Origin: an uncultured Candidatus Saccharibacteria bacterium
Lineage (GTDB): Bacteria; Patescibacteriota; Minisyncoccia; Phycocordibacterales; Zambryskibacteraceae
DNA length: 64,000 bases
Assembly (NCBI GenBank): GCA_964355645.1
Contig: CAYHDI010000001.1
Location: forward strand, 92,897-156,896
Direction of reading: 5' to 3'
The position numbers and the translations under genes were made by a program. Shown in pieces: positions 27,957-38,040 of this stretch (position 1 is its first letter; every line of letters starts with the position of its first letter). The notes beneath the pieces were generated by a model. It was not told where the DNA came from, made no database searches, and saw only the letters and a program-made list of their open reading frames with translations.

Positions 27957-28934
27957 ATGTCGCACAATATGGGAACAACTACTGAACTTGAAAAGCTGAA
28001 ACGAGAATTTCTCGAATATACTGAGATAGAGAAGGGTCGCAGTTTGAATACCGTCCGAAACTACGAACATTACCTTGATAGATTCTTCGAATTTTCGAAA
28101 GCGAAGAAAGCGAGCGACATCACGGACGGTCTTCTTCGAGAATATCGTTTGTGGTTGAACAGGCAACCCACCTTCGCCAAGGCTTCGGTGGGCAAAGTCT
28201 CTAGAGCAGAGACTTTGAAAAAGAAAACCCAAAATTATTATTTGATTGCTCTTCGCGCGTTTCTGAAATACATTGCGAAGCGTGGAGTGAAGGTCCTCTC
28301 CCCCGAAGTGATTGAACTCGCGAAGGTTGGTGAGAGGCAAATTGATTTGATTACCTCTGAAGAATTGAATCGCTTGCTCGATGCGCCGGATACTGCCACT
28401 CTGCGCGGTTTGAGAGACAAAGCGATTCTTGAAACATTATTTTCGACCGGACTACGTGTTTCTGAACTCTGTTCCCTACCCCGCGAGATAAATCTCGAAA
28501 GTGATGAGTATTCGATTCGAGGCAAGGGTGAGAAAGTTCGCGTGGTCTTTCTTTCTGATGAAGCGAAACATTCAATCAAAAATTATTTGAATAAAAGAAA
28601 TGATTTGGACGATGCGCTCTTCGTAAAAATCGAAGAGCAAAGTCAAAAGTCAAAAGTCAAAAGTCAAAAGTTGAATGAAGTTGCACCGTTGACTCCCCGT
28701 TCAGTCCAAAGAGTTATTAAACATTATGCCATCAAGGCTGGGATATCAAAAAAAGTGACGCCTCACGTCGTGCGACACATGTTCGCGACCGACCTACTCT
28801 CAAACGGTGCAGATTTACGAAGTGTCCAAATGCTCCTCGGCCATGCAAATATCGCTACTACCCAAATTTATACCCACGTGACAGACGCAGCATTAAGGGC
28901 AACACATAAAAAATTCCATTCGAGGAGGAAATAA
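27957..28934 (+). CDS. xerD: tyrosine recombinase XerC/XerD family
   Basis: N-terminal core-binding domain (TVRNYEHYLDRFFEF) and catalytic R..H..R..Y region (HVVRHMFATDLLSNGADLRSVQMLLGHANIATTQIYTHV). Contains an internal (AGTCAAA)x4 tract. Confidence 0.85.
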   Translation: MSHNMGTTTELEKLKREFLEYTEIEKGRSLNTVRNYEHYLDRFFEFSKAKKASDITDGLLREYRLWLNRQPTFAKASVGKVSRAETLKKKTQNYYLIALRAFLKYIAKRGVKVLSPEVIELAKVGERQIDLITSEELNRLLDAPDTATLRGLRDKAILETLFSTGLRVSELCSLPREINLESDEYSIRGKGEKVRVVFLSDEAKHSIKNYLNKRNDLDDALFVKIEEQSQKSKVKSQKLNEVAPLTPRSVQRVIKHYAIKAGISKKVTPHVVRHMFATDLLSNGADLRSVQMLLGHANIATTQIYTHVTDAALRATHKKFHSRRK

Positions 28935-29318
28935 TTATATCTTCCTACAATTTTTCTTTATCCAAATTTCTAATTTTTTGATATTTATTTCCTTTGTTGC
29001 TACCTCGAGCACCACGAATGCAACTTCTTTGTTGGAAGCTGTCAGTTCATATTTGTTTTCGTGCAAAAAACGAGCCACGACTGTTAGGGCTGTGCGTTTG
29101 TTTCCGTCTATGAAGACGTGATAATTTACCAAAGCTTCCAGAAGCACCGCCGCCTTTTGAAAAACATTTTTATAAAGTTCTTTTCCTGCAAACATTGCCT
29201 GTGGTTTATGAACCGCGGCTTGAAGTAGTCCGAGGTCTCGGATCCCATGACTGCCTCCGATTTCATCTATGAGCAAAGCATGAACAATGAGAACCTCTTG
29301 GGCCGTTAAGTATTTCAT
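28935..29318 (-). CDS. doc: Doc (death-on-curing) Fic-family toxin
   Basis: Fic motif HVFIDGNKRTA. Start taken at MKYLTAQEV (29318) rather than the ORF-track upstream Met. Confidence 0.8.
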   Translation of the reverse strand: MKYLTAQEVLIVHALLIDEIGGSHGIRDLGLLQAAVHKPQAMFAGKELYKNVFQKAAVLLEALVNYHVFIDGNKRTALTVVARFLHENKYELTASNKEVAFVVLEVATKEINIKKLEIWIKKNCRKI

Positions 29319-29319
29319 A

Positions 29320-29550
29320 TTACTCGCGCGCCAGTGTTTCCAAGGCGTCCTTGTATTTGTGAATAAACTTTTTTGTCCAATCAACAAGCTCCGAAGAGAT
29401 TTCCACGGAAGGTTCAATAGTCATTCGTTTATGCGCGGTGTCCAAAGAGACGTTTACCCTGTCTCCAATTCGAAGACCCAAATTCTCGAGAGATTTCTTG
29501 GGGAGAGTGACAGCTGCGGAAGAACCTACTTGAAGTATTTTTTGGACCAT
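29320..29550 (-). CDS. AbrB/MazE/SpoVT-fold antitoxin (Phd-like partner of Doc)
   Basis: VGSSAAVTLPKKSLENLGLRIGDRV has the swapped-hairpin AbrB signature. Its stop is 2 nt upstream of the doc start. Confidence 0.7.
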   Translation of the reverse strand: MVQKILQVGSSAAVTLPKKSLENLGLRIGDRVNVSLDTAHKRMTIEPSVEISSELVDWTKKFIHKYKDALETLARE

Positions 29551-29802
29551 ATATTTTGTATTATAACGTTATTATAATCATCTGTATTGTCCTGTCAAGA
29601 GATTTCCCCCACTTAATATAATGGAGGATTAAGGAGGGGTTATAACTCAAATTTGACAAATTATTGTGTTTAGGTATATAATACAAAGGTAAATATGAGT
29701 AGTAGAAGTTCGCCCTTGGGCGGACTTCTTTCGTACCATTGGAGCTAACGGTTACAAATAATCTACCTCCAACGGTATAAATAGAAAATAATATATAAAA
29801 AC

Positions 29803-31008
29803 ATGTTCGACCTTAAAGTCATAAATTCAGTGCTCGGAGAACTCGAAGAAGTACGAGGTATTCCTCGTGAGAAAATCTTGGAGGCTATTGAAGCTGCCTT
29901 GGCCACGGCGTACAAGAAGGAATACGGCAAGCGCGGACAGATTATCCGCACTACTTTCGATGTGAAGACCGGAGAAGTCAATTTCTTTCAAGTGAAGGAA
30001 GTGGTAGACAAATCTACGGTAATTTTTGAAGACGAAGCTGAAGAATTAGAAAATGAAACTCCGGAATCAGCCGAAGTTGATGCGGACGAACGCTCGATTT
30101 ATGACCCAGAAAAACATATTCTCCTTGAAGATGCGAAGAAAATTAAGCGTGATGCAATCGTGGGCGAAGAAATTATTTTCCCTATTGAATCGAAGGGTGA
30201 CTACGGTCGTATCGCGGCTCAAACAGCGAAGCAAGTTATCATGCAGAAAATTCGTGAAGCAGAGAAGGCCCACCTCGTGACTGAATTCTCTTCGCGCGAA
30301 GGTACGATTGTTTCCGGCACGGTTCAACGTATTGAACGCGGGAATATTTTCATCGACCTTGGTCGGGCTCCCGGACTCTTGCCTTATGAGGAACAAATCC
30401 CCGGCGAACATTTCGCCCAAGGTGAGCGTGTTCGGGCTTATCTCTATAGAGTAGAAGAATCTCCTCGCGGAGTTTTCCTTCGACTTTCTCGTTCTCATCC
30501 AAAATTCCTCGAGAAACTTTTTGAAGCAGAAACTCCAGAACTTCAAAACGGTTCGGTTATTATTAAAGCTATCGCGCGCGAGGCGGGTTATCGTTCGAAA
30601 ATCGCCGCGGAGGCCAAGGATAATCACATTGATCCTGTTGGTTCGCTCGTTGGACAACGCGGAGTACGTGTCTCTACAGTCATGAGTGAACTTCGGGGAG
30701 AAAAAATTGATGTTATTGAATGGAATGAAGATCCAAAGAAGTTTATTGAAGAAGCCTTGTCTCCAGCGAAAGTGATGAGCATTGAACTTAAAGAAGATGA
30801 AACCGGCCTGCCCACCGGACAGGGACAGGTAAACAAAACGGCTGTAGTAAACGTTTCTGAAGATCAACAATCACTGGCCATAGGGAAGGGCGGGCAAAAC
30901 GTTCGCCTCGCGGCCAAACTCACTGGTTGGAAAATTGATATTCAGTCAGCGAAGGGCGAAGAACTCGCTTCTGCCGAAGCAGAAACAGTCAATTCGGAAA
31001 CCAAGTAA
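29803..31008 (+). CDS. nusA: transcription termination/antitermination factor NusA
   Basis: N-terminal domain (MFDLKVINSVLGELEEVRGIPREKILEAIEAAL), S1 domain and two KH domains. Confidence 0.9.
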   Translation: MFDLKVINSVLGELEEVRGIPREKILEAIEAALATAYKKEYGKRGQIIRTTFDVKTGEVNFFQVKEVVDKSTVIFEDEAEELENETPESAEVDADERSIYDPEKHILLEDAKKIKRDAIVGEEIIFPIESKGDYGRIAAQTAKQVIMQKIREAEKAHLVTEFSSREGTIVSGTVQRIERGNIFIDLGRAPGLLPYEEQIPGEHFAQGERVRAYLYRVEESPRGVFLRLSRSHPKFLEKLFEAETPELQNGSVIIKAIAREAGYRSKIAAEAKDNHIDPVGSLVGQRGVRVSTVMSELRGEKIDVIEWNEDPKKFIEEALSPAKVMSIELKEDETGLPTGQGQVNKTAVVNVSEDQQSLAIGKGGQNVRLAAKLTGWKIDIQSAKGEELASAEAETVNSETK

Positions 31009-31147
31009 TTTAAGGGTTTTAGGGCAAAAAACTTGACCAGAATGTTTTTTAGAGGTGGCTTGAGGGTGTAAATATGGATATGTGTTAAAATGTAGTAGTT
31101 CTCATACGGAAACGCCTGAATATAGTATCCACTTAACCCAAACAAAA

Positions 31148-31777
31148 ATGAAACGCACCAGTACTTTACTTGCAGGATTAATTGCCGTTGCACTCATTGC
31201 CACCCCTGTTTTCGCAGAAACAGCGAGTGTCAATGTCAAAAACAAAATCGAAGATAGAAACAAAAAGACAGAAGCTTCGACTACGATTAAGGTTGAGCAG
31301 AAAAAAACAGAAGACAAAAACAAACAGAGCGAATGGAATACCAGAGTTCTAGACAACAAAATTCGCAGTGACATCAAGGTTTTCACTGCCACAGCGAATC
31401 GTCTAGACAAGATTGTTGTTCGTATTCAATCGCGAGTAACAAAAATCAAAGCGGCTGGAGGAAATACGACTCAAATTGAGGCCAGCTTAAACACCGGAAT
31501 CACCAAATTGGCTGAAGCTCGTGCAGATATTTCAACCATTTCTTCAATTGACATCACTGGAGCAACTTCAAGCACAACTGTCCGCACCTTGTTCAACACG
31601 ATTAAAACTAATGCAGTGAAAGCTCGAGAGGCACTCAAAGCTTCTCACTCTGCACTGATTCAGGCCGTCACCTTTATGCAAGGTGTAGAGAAAAAGGTGA
31701 AAGTGAAAGACAGCAATGTCGGAGAGAATGAGACAAATTCTTCTACTGCCAGTACGACTAAGGAGGCCAATCGTTAA
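31148..31777 (+). CDS. secreted coiled-coil protein (start at MKRTSTLLAGL)
   Basis: Signal peptide MKRTSTLLAGLIAVALIATPVFA followed by an alpha-helical Lys/Glu-rich domain. Confidence 0.5.
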   Translation: MKRTSTLLAGLIAVALIATPVFAETASVNVKNKIEDRNKKTEASTTIKVEQKKTEDKNKQSEWNTRVLDNKIRSDIKVFTATANRLDKIVVRIQSRVTKIKAAGGNTTQIEASLNTGITKLAEARADISTISSIDITGATSSTTVRTLFNTIKTNAVKAREALKASHSALIQAVTFMQGVEKKVKVKDSNVGENETNSSTASTTKEANR

Positions 31778-31803
31778 TTATTAAAATTCTTAACAACATT
31801 CTT

Positions 31804-32097
31804 ATGGACGCAAACAACAACACGAATGGCGAAGGGTCGGTCGGGCCAGTGATCGCCACGATTATTATCTTGGCCGTGGTAGTCTTGGGCGGACTTTATT
31901 TCTGGGGACAAAGAAATACAGGTTCTGAGACGACTGACATCTACGGCAATCCGATTTCCACCACTACACCAGCCGCCACTCTGCCTGACACCTCAGCCAT
32001 AGATACTCAATCAAGTTCAGACAATCCTGCTTCAATCCAAAACGATTTGAATTCGACGAATCTTGATAATCTTGGAGCTGATATCAATGCCTCATAA
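31804..32097 (+). CDS. small membrane-anchored protein
   Basis: One TM (VIATIIILAVVVLGGLYFW) and a Ser/Thr-rich tail. Confidence 0.4.
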   Translation: MDANNNTNGEGSVGPVIATIIILAVVVLGGLYFWGQRNTGSETTDIYGNPISTTTPAATLPDTSAIDTQSSSDNPASIQNDLNSTNLDNLGADINAS

Positions 32098-32944
32098 TAC
32101 TTCGACTGTGCTCAGTATAAAACACTTCGACAACTTAAAAACCAAAAAGCTTCCGGATTCGGAAGTGGAGATCACCGGAGAGATTACCCTCTCCTTTTTG
32201 GTCGAATGTCGAGCCGCGGCTCTCAAAGAATTGAACAACCGTTCGGAGATTCCGGGATTTCGTCCGGGGAAAATCCCTGAAGACGTCTTGATTAAAAAAG
32301 TTGGTGAACTGGGTGTGCTCGAAGAATCAGCCGAGATTGCTCTGGGCAAGGAATATCCGAATATTATTAAAGAATTAAATGTGGCTGCGATTGGCCGACC
32401 GACGATTTCTATTACGAAGTTGGCGAAAGATATTCCTCTTGAATTCAAGATGATTACCGCGGTTGAACCGGAGTTTAAGTTGCCGGATTACAAAAAGATT
32501 GCGAAGGAAACCAAACTCGAGGAAGGTGAAAAAGGCAAGGAGAAGAAACGCCTCGCTATTATTGAAAAGCTGGTGAAAGAAACAGAAATCCTCGTGCCGA
32601 AAATTCTGCTTGAATCAGAACTGGCGAAGATGATGGGGCAATTCAAAGATGATGTCGTGCGGGCAGGATTGAAATGGGAAGATTATTTGAAGCAAATCAA
32701 GAAAACCGAACAAGATATAGAAAAGGAATGGAAGGATCAAGCCCTCGCTCGAGCGAAAGCTGAATTAATTGTAGGCAAGATTGCCATAGAAGAGAAAATT
32801 GAACCGACTGAGGCCGAACTTGAACACGAGACCACTCATCTTCTTGAGCATTACAAAGATGCCGATCCCCTTCGTGTACGGGTGTATGTCTACACCATGA
32901 TGAGAAACGAAAAAGTTTTAGAGTTTTTGGAAACACAAAAATAA
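32087..32944 (+). CDS. tig: trigger factor-like chaperone lacking PPIase domain (start at MPHNTST)
   Basis: Ribosome-binding signature GFRPGKIP in the N-domain plus a C-terminal chaperone domain. Only ~286 aa. In a tig...clpP context. Confidence 0.65.
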   Translation: MPHNTSTVLSIKHFDNLKTKKLPDSEVEITGEITLSFLVECRAAALKELNNRSEIPGFRPGKIPEDVLIKKVGELGVLEESAEIALGKEYPNIIKELNVAAIGRPTISITKLAKDIPLEFKMITAVEPEFKLPDYKKIAKETKLEEGEKGKEKKRLAIIEKLVKETEILVPKILLESELAKMMGQFKDDVVRAGLKWEDYLKQIKKTEQDIEKEWKDQALARAKAELIVGKIAIEEKIEPTEAELEHETTHLLEHYKDADPLRVRVYVYTMMRNEKVLEFLETQK

Positions 32945-32959
32945 ACCAAGTTTTTTGAT

Positions 32960-33477
32960 ATGATGGTTAGAATGGAAAACAAAGAAACAAACATCGCATT
33001 CATTGATGGGCAAAATCTTCATCTTGGGACTAGGGAACACGGCTGGTCTGTTAGTCATCAGCGATTACGCATTTATCTTAGTGAAAAATATAATATCACT
33101 GAAGCGTATTATTTCTTGGTTTCGTTTCCAGTGAAGAACAAGATTTATACGATAATCTTCAAAAAGCGGGCTATATTCTTTCATTTCGAGAGCATTCATC
33201 AGCTTTGAAGGGTAAAAAGAAGGGAAATGTTGATGGTGATATTATATTCGGAGTAATGAAAAAATTGGTTGATAATGAACCATTCGATAAAATTTTTATT
33301 GTATCTGGAGATGGAGATTATAAAAAACTTGTTGATTATTTGATAAAGAAGAATAAATTTGGGAAAATGCTTTTTCCCAACAACGAATTTTCATCATCGT
33401 TGTATAAAAGTTTAGGACGAGAGTATTTTGACTATCTCGAGGATAAGGATATAAAAGCGAAGATATCTCATAAATGA
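32960..33477 (+). pseudogene. NYN-domain gene disrupted by a single-base frameshift
   Basis: Frame 1 gives NIAFIDGQNLH...AYYFLV. The next frame then reads ...GFVSSEEQDLYDNLQKAGYILSFREHSSALKGKKKGNVDGDIIFGVMKK...IFIVSGDGDY. This is consistent with loss of one G in ttggg->ttgg near 33118. Confidence 0.7.
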
Positions 33478-33551
33478 AAAGGGCCCCTTAGGTATTTCAC
33501 CGTTTGGGTCCCTTTTCGTCTTAATACAATTCTTATTATACATGCACGCAA

Positions 33552-33800
33552 ATGAAAAGCAAGTGCAATTCCCATCTACATATGTATGGGATTGCTGGTA
33601 TACCAATATCATTAATTATGGGGTCACTACCCTTATATGCTATCAGCGTAGCTATTTTTGAAGATGAATTGGCCTATCTTATAATGCAAGGAAAAACCCA
33701 CCAAGATAATTATTCTCTTTTCTCTCTCATTGGCACAATTCTTTTTGTAATTGCTACGTTTATATTTAGAAGCTATATTATTACTCCATTTTTGACATGA
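33552..33800 (+). CDS. small membrane protein
   Basis: 82 aa, 2-3 hydrophobic helices. Confidence 0.35.
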   Translation: MKSKCNSHLHMYGIAGIPISLIMGSLPLYAISVAIFEDELAYLIMQGKTHQDNYSLFSLIGTILFVIATFIFRSYIITPFLT

Positions 33801-34252
33801 AATTAAGACTTTTACAAAAGAAAGATATTAAGGCCTGTGCAATTATTGTTGGCCAGAATTATTCTAAAAATTGGCAGAGAACATCATCTGCTGAATTAAA
33901 AAGCATGTTTAGCAATACAGCCATCAGGCCAGTGTATTGGGTTGCGGAAGATGAAAGAAAGATTGTTGGGTTTGCGGGATATATTCAATCGTGGATGGAT
34001 TACAATATTTATCAAATATTTTGGGTAAACGTTTTGCCTGAATTACAGAAAAGAGGTATAGGCAAGCAATTGGTTTCAAAAGTAATTAATGAAATTAAAA
34101 AAGATAAAAACGCTTACCTTATTCAACTTACGGCAACTACTCCGAACTCAAAATATTATAGGAAGTATTTCAAGTTTAAAAATACGGGCCACTTTGGGCC
34201 TAAGCCGTATCATCTTATGTCGCTTTCTATAGAAAGAAGAAAGAAACAATAG
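33797..34252 (+). CDS. GNAT family N-acetyltransferase
   Basis: Acetyl-CoA binding motif [15 protein letters not shown]. Confidence 0.7.
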   Translation: MKLRLLQKKDIKACAIIVGQNYSKNWQRTSSAELKSMFSNTAIRPVYWVAEDERKIVGFAGYIQSWMDYNIYQIFWVNVLPELQKRGIGKQLVSKVINEIKKDKNAYLIQLTATTPNSKYYRKYFKFKNTGHFGPKPYHLMSLSIERRKKQ

Positions 34253-34290
34253 AGTTTGATTTTAATAAAACTTTTCTATATAGTATCCGC

Positions 34291-34866
34291 ATGAGTTACT
34301 TAATCCCAACCGTCATAGAGAAGTCGCAGAATGGTGAACGAGCATATGATATTTATTCGCGTCTGCTCAGAGAGAATATTGTTTTTCTCACTGGCCCTAT
34401 TAATGATGAGGTGGCAAATATAGTTATTGCTCAACTTCTTTTTCTTGAATCAGAAAACCCAAAGAAAGATATCACCTTGTATATAAATTCCCCCGGTGGT
34501 CAGGTTACGGCCGGACTTGCGATTGTTGATGCGATGAATCATATCAAGCCAGCCGTTTCTACTTTGTGTATTGGTCTTGCTGCTTCTATGGGCGCTGTAA
34601 TACTTTCTGCAGGGTCAAAGGGTAAGAGATTTTCTCTACCGAATGCCGAAATAATGATTCACCAACCATCGGGTGGCGCAGAAGGTAAAGCTTCTGATAT
34701 TGAAATAAGCGCCAAGAGAATTGTGAAAGATAGAGAAGTTTTGAATAAAATACTAGCGAAAAACACAGGGCAGCCCCTTTCTCGGGTAGAAAAGGATGCA
34801 GACAGAGATTTCTTCATGGATGCCGAAGAAGCCAAGAAATACGGGATTATAGATAAAATACTATAA
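34291..34866 (+). CDS. clpP: ATP-dependent Clp protease proteolytic subunit
   Basis: [18 protein letters not shown] (active-site Ser), IMIHQPSGG, over the full 191-aa ClpP core. Confidence 0.9.
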   Translation: MSYLIPTVIEKSQNGERAYDIYSRLLRENIVFLTGPINDEVANIVIAQLLFLESENPKKDITLYINSPGGQVTAGLAIVDAMNHIKPAVSTLCIGLAASMGAVILSAGSKGKRFSLPNAEIMIHQPSGGAEGKASDIEISAKRIVKDREVLNKILAKNTGQPLSRVEKDADRDFFMDAEEAKKYGIIDKIL

Positions 34867-35072
34867 TAATTGACTTCAGGCAGTGAGAGAATTTGAGAGC
34901 TTGCTCTCACAGAGCTCGAGCGAACCTGAAGCCAAACACGCAGTGTTTGACAAGATTCTTTAGTAGCGTATACTTCGGTAGTTCACTTATAAAAAATTAA
35001 TTGAAACGTTAACTTTCAGACTTTCGGCTTTCAGACTTTTTCCTTCCTGCCTCTCGGTTCCGCAACACCAAC

Positions 35073-36602
35073 ATGTCACTTAAATTAGCATTCTTGCTTG
35101 CTTTGCTTGCTGCATCAGCCGGTATTGGTCTTGGGTATTTGTTGCGCCTGATTATTGCTCTCGGGAAGAAGGGTTCGATGGAGCTCGACATCAAGCAGAT
35201 GGAGCTCAAGGCTCACGAAGACGCCCAAGATATTGTTTCCAAGGCCGAAACTCGCGCTGGAGAGATTATCAAGAAAGCCGAGGATATCATCAACGAACGC
35301 GAAGACCGCGCGAAGAAAAACGAAGACCGTTTAATCAAGAAGGAAGAATTTCTAGACAACAGACAGGTCGAGATAGACAAAGAAGTCGAATATGTGAAGA
35401 ACAAGGTCGCAGAAATCAAAACCATTCGCGACAAAGCCGATGAATTGATTCAAAAAAAGAACGAAGAATTGGCCAAGGTGGCCGGGCTTTCACCGAAGGA
35501 GGCACGCGAAGAACTTTTGAATATTGTCGAGAAGCAGTCCGAAGAAGATATCCTTATTCGTCTGCAGAAACTTGAAACTCAAAGTGAAGAAAAGATTGAA
35601 GAGAAGGCACGCCACATCCTCGCTACCACGATTCAACGTCTTGCTTCATCAGTGGCTGGAGAAGTGATGGCCACCTCTGTTCCCCTCGCTTCGGACGAAT
35701 TGAAAGGCAAGATTATTGGGAAGGAAGGCAGAAACATCAAATCTTTTGAACGCGCCACGGGGGTTGAAGTGATAGTGGATGATACACCCGGTTCTATTAC
35801 TCTTTCATCTTTCGACCCTGTTCGTCGCGCTGTGGCCAAGCTTGCACTTGAAAATTTAATTTCTGATGGAAGAATTCAGCCGGCGAAGATTGAAGAGTTT
35901 GTGGAGAATGCTCATGCAGAAATAAACAAAATAATAAAAGAGAAAGGAGAAGAGTCCGCCTTTGAATGCGGAGTTTATAATCTTGATCCGAAACTCCTTG
36001 CGATTCTCGGCCGACTGCATTTCCGAACTTCTTATGGACAAAATGTTTTGGCTCACTCGATTGAAATGACTCATCTCGCTGGGATGCTCGCCGAAGAACT
36101 TGGAGCGAACGTGGCTACAGCCAAGGCTGGCGCGCTTCTGCATGATATAGGCAAAGCGCTTGACCATGAAGTTTCTGGCACCCACGTAGAAATTGGCCGT
36201 AGAATTCTTCAGAAATTTAATGTAAGCGAGGATATCATCAAAGCAATGCAAGCTCATCATGGAGAATATCCTTATGAAACTATTGAATCAATCATTGTTC
36301 AAACTGCAGACGCTATCTCTGGAGGACGACCGGGTGCGAGACGCGATACGGTTGAACATTATCTCAAACGCCTTGAGGACCTTGAGGCTATTGCTCTTTC
36401 CTTCCCCGGTGTGGAGAAGGCTTATGCTCTACAGGCAGGCCGAGAAATAAGGGTCCTCGTCACCCCCGAGAAGGTGACCGATTTAGAAGCCAAAAATATG
36501 GCCAGAGATATAGCTATTCGTATAGAAAAGGATTTAAAATATCCGGGAGAGATTAAGGTTAATGTCATCCGGGAAGCTCGAGCCATCGAGTTTGCGAGGT
36601 AA
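35073..36602 (+). CDS. rny: ribonuclease Y
   Basis: N-terminal TM, coiled coil, KH domain (KGKIIGKEGRNIKSFERATGVEVIVDD) and HD domain (LLHDIGKALDHE). Confidence 0.9.
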   Translation: MSLKLAFLLALLAASAGIGLGYLLRLIIALGKKGSMELDIKQMELKAHEDAQDIVSKAETRAGEIIKKAEDIINEREDRAKKNEDRLIKKEEFLDNRQVEIDKEVEYVKNKVAEIKTIRDKADELIQKKNEELAKVAGLSPKEAREELLNIVEKQSEEDILIRLQKLETQSEEKIEEKARHILATTIQRLASSVAGEVMATSVPLASDELKGKIIGKEGRNIKSFERATGVEVIVDDTPGSITLSSFDPVRRAVAKLALENLISDGRIQPAKIEEFVENAHAEINKIIKEKGEESAFECGVYNLDPKLLAILGRLHFRTSYGQNVLAHSIEMTHLAGMLAEELGANVATAKAGALLHDIGKALDHEVSGTHVEIGRRILQKFNVSEDIIKAMQAHHGEYPYETIESIIVQTADAISGGRPGARRDTVEHYLKRLEDLEAIALSFPGVEKAYALQAGREIRVLVTPEKVTDLEAKNMARDIAIRIEKDLKYPGEIKVNVIREARAIEFAR

Positions 36603-36718
36603 TGCCCTGCCCCGAGCTTGCCGAGAAGTAGCACAAAAAAACGGCTTAGGATATAATTATATTGTCTTACACCCTTGACCGGGCGCTAGGAACTTTAGAA
36701 ATAATTGACGAGAAAAAA

Positions 36719-36991
36719 ATGAACAAGACAGACATCGCAAACGCAGTGCACGACAAACTCGGCGGCACAAAAGTGCAAGCAGAAGAAGTCGTAGACACCG
36801 TGATTGAATCTATCGTTCACACTTTGAAAAAAGGTAGTGAAGTTTCAATCGCAGGTCTCGGAATCTTCTCGACCAAAGTTCGCGCCGCACGTCAGGCACG
36901 CAATCCACGCACAGGCGAAGCCATCTCGGTTCCCTCGATGCGAGTACCGAAGTTTCGCCCGGCAAAAGCATTGAAAGATGCGGTGAAGTAG
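36719..36991 (+). CDS. hup: DNA-binding protein HU
   Basis: MNKTDIANAVHDKLGG...RNPRTGEAISVPSMRVPKFRPAKALKDAV is the canonical HU sequence. Start taken at MNKTD. Confidence 0.85.
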   Translation: MNKTDIANAVHDKLGGTKVQAEEVVDTVIESIVHTLKKGSEVSIAGLGIFSTKVRAARQARNPRTGEAISVPSMRVPKFRPAKALKDAVK

Positions 36992-37007
36992 ATCTAGTAG
37001 AACAAAT

Positions 37008-37068
37008 AAAAAATCTGAAGTCTTTACCCAGCAAAGCTGGGGCCTATAACTTCAGATTTTTTATTTAG
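37008..37068 (+). terminator. rho-independent terminator downstream of hup
   Basis: AAAAATCTGAAGT...ACTTCAGATTTTTTATTT stem-loop followed by a T-run. Confidence 0.6.
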
Positions 37069-37084
37069 TTTACCAAAGTTTTAT

Positions 37085-37495
37085 TTACTGACTTTCAAAT
37101 TGATTTGCAATATCTTCCATTGCGGTTTTAATCTCGCCAACGGTTGATTTAATTGTAATAGGAACAACTAAACTTAGAAAAGTTCTTTTTCTAAATCCGG
37201 TGTAGACAAAAGGTGTGCTAAATTTTTCAGCAATTATTTTGTTTTGTGGGCTGAGCATGTCGTAGGCGATAATAATATGTGCTTCTCCAGGAACATTCTT
37301 TTTATTTGCCCCGGACATTATTGTGGGGATATTTTTATCATAAAGAATTCTGCATGCCTCAAGAACGGGAAATTCTACTAGCTGATCGAGGTCTTTCCGA
37401 TCTGTTGGAGTAATCCCTCCTCCTTCGATAGGCTCGATTTCACTAATGGGTGTTGAGTCCATAATTTGTGCTTCTGATTCGGGGTTTTGTTTCAT
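37085..37495 (-). CDS. hypothetical protein
   Basis: 136-aa ORF with no motif. Confidence 0.35.
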   Translation of the reverse strand: MKQNPESEAQIMDSTPISEIEPIEGGGITPTDRKDLDQLVEFPVLEACRILYDKNIPTIMSGANKKNVPGEAHIIIAYDMLSPQNKIIAEKFSTPFVYTGFRKRTFLSLVVPITIKSTVGEIKTAMEDIANQFESQ

Positions 37496-37501
37496 TTTTC
37501 T

Positions 37502-38026
37502 TTATTTTACATTAAATCCAATTTTCCTGTGCTTGGTTTCGGGTGGAATCATAAGTGCCCGAATAGCATCGAAGACAACCGAAAAATTTTTGTCATATTT
37601 GGCTTCGAGTTGTTTGAGTTTTTCGGCCAAGTCGGCATGAGTGGCCAGGAGTTCACGAAGTTTTACGAATGTTCTGACTATTTCAATGCTTACTTGAATG
37701 GCCCGATTACTGTGCAAAGTGTTTGCGACCATTAAAGCGCCATACTCGGTAAATACATGAGGTAAATATCTCCGGCCTCCATGTGTAGAACTTGAGATTC
37801 CAGATTGGAATCTCAAGTTGGTGGACTCTTCCGCGGTGAGTTGAAACATGAAGTCCTCTGGAAATCGATCGAGATTGCGTCTAACAGCTTTGTTTAAGTT
37901 AAACGTGGTAACACCATATAATTCTGCCAAATCACTATCCAAGAGGACTTTTTCTTCACGAACAAAAAGTATTCGTCTTTCAATCATGCGAACAGAAACG
38001 AGAGCCACATTTTTATTTTGTTTCAT
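37502..38026 (-). CDS. ORF6N-domain protein (KilA-N-like)
   Basis: VLLDSDLAELYGVTTFNLNKAVRRNLDRFPEDFMFQLTAEE...GGRRYLPHVFTEYGALMVANTLHS matches the ORF6N family. Confidence 0.75.
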   Translation of the reverse strand: MKQNKNVALVSVRMIERRILFVREEKVLLDSDLAELYGVTTFNLNKAVRRNLDRFPEDFMFQLTAEESTNLRFQSGISSSTHGGRRYLPHVFTEYGALMVANTLHSNRAIQVSIEIVRTFVKLRELLATHADLAEKLKQLEAKYDKNFSVVFDAIRALMIPPETKHRKIGFNVK

Positions 38027-38040
38027 AGCTTTATTTTACC

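Noticed and set aside
28935-29417. 160-aa version of the Doc ORF with N-terminal MNLPWKSLRS... extension
   Set aside because: The extension overlaps the antitoxin gene on the same strand. Doc family proteins start near MKYLTAQEV.
30067-30870. 267-aa minus-strand ORF
   Set aside because: Antisense to nusA, which has an unambiguous domain structure.
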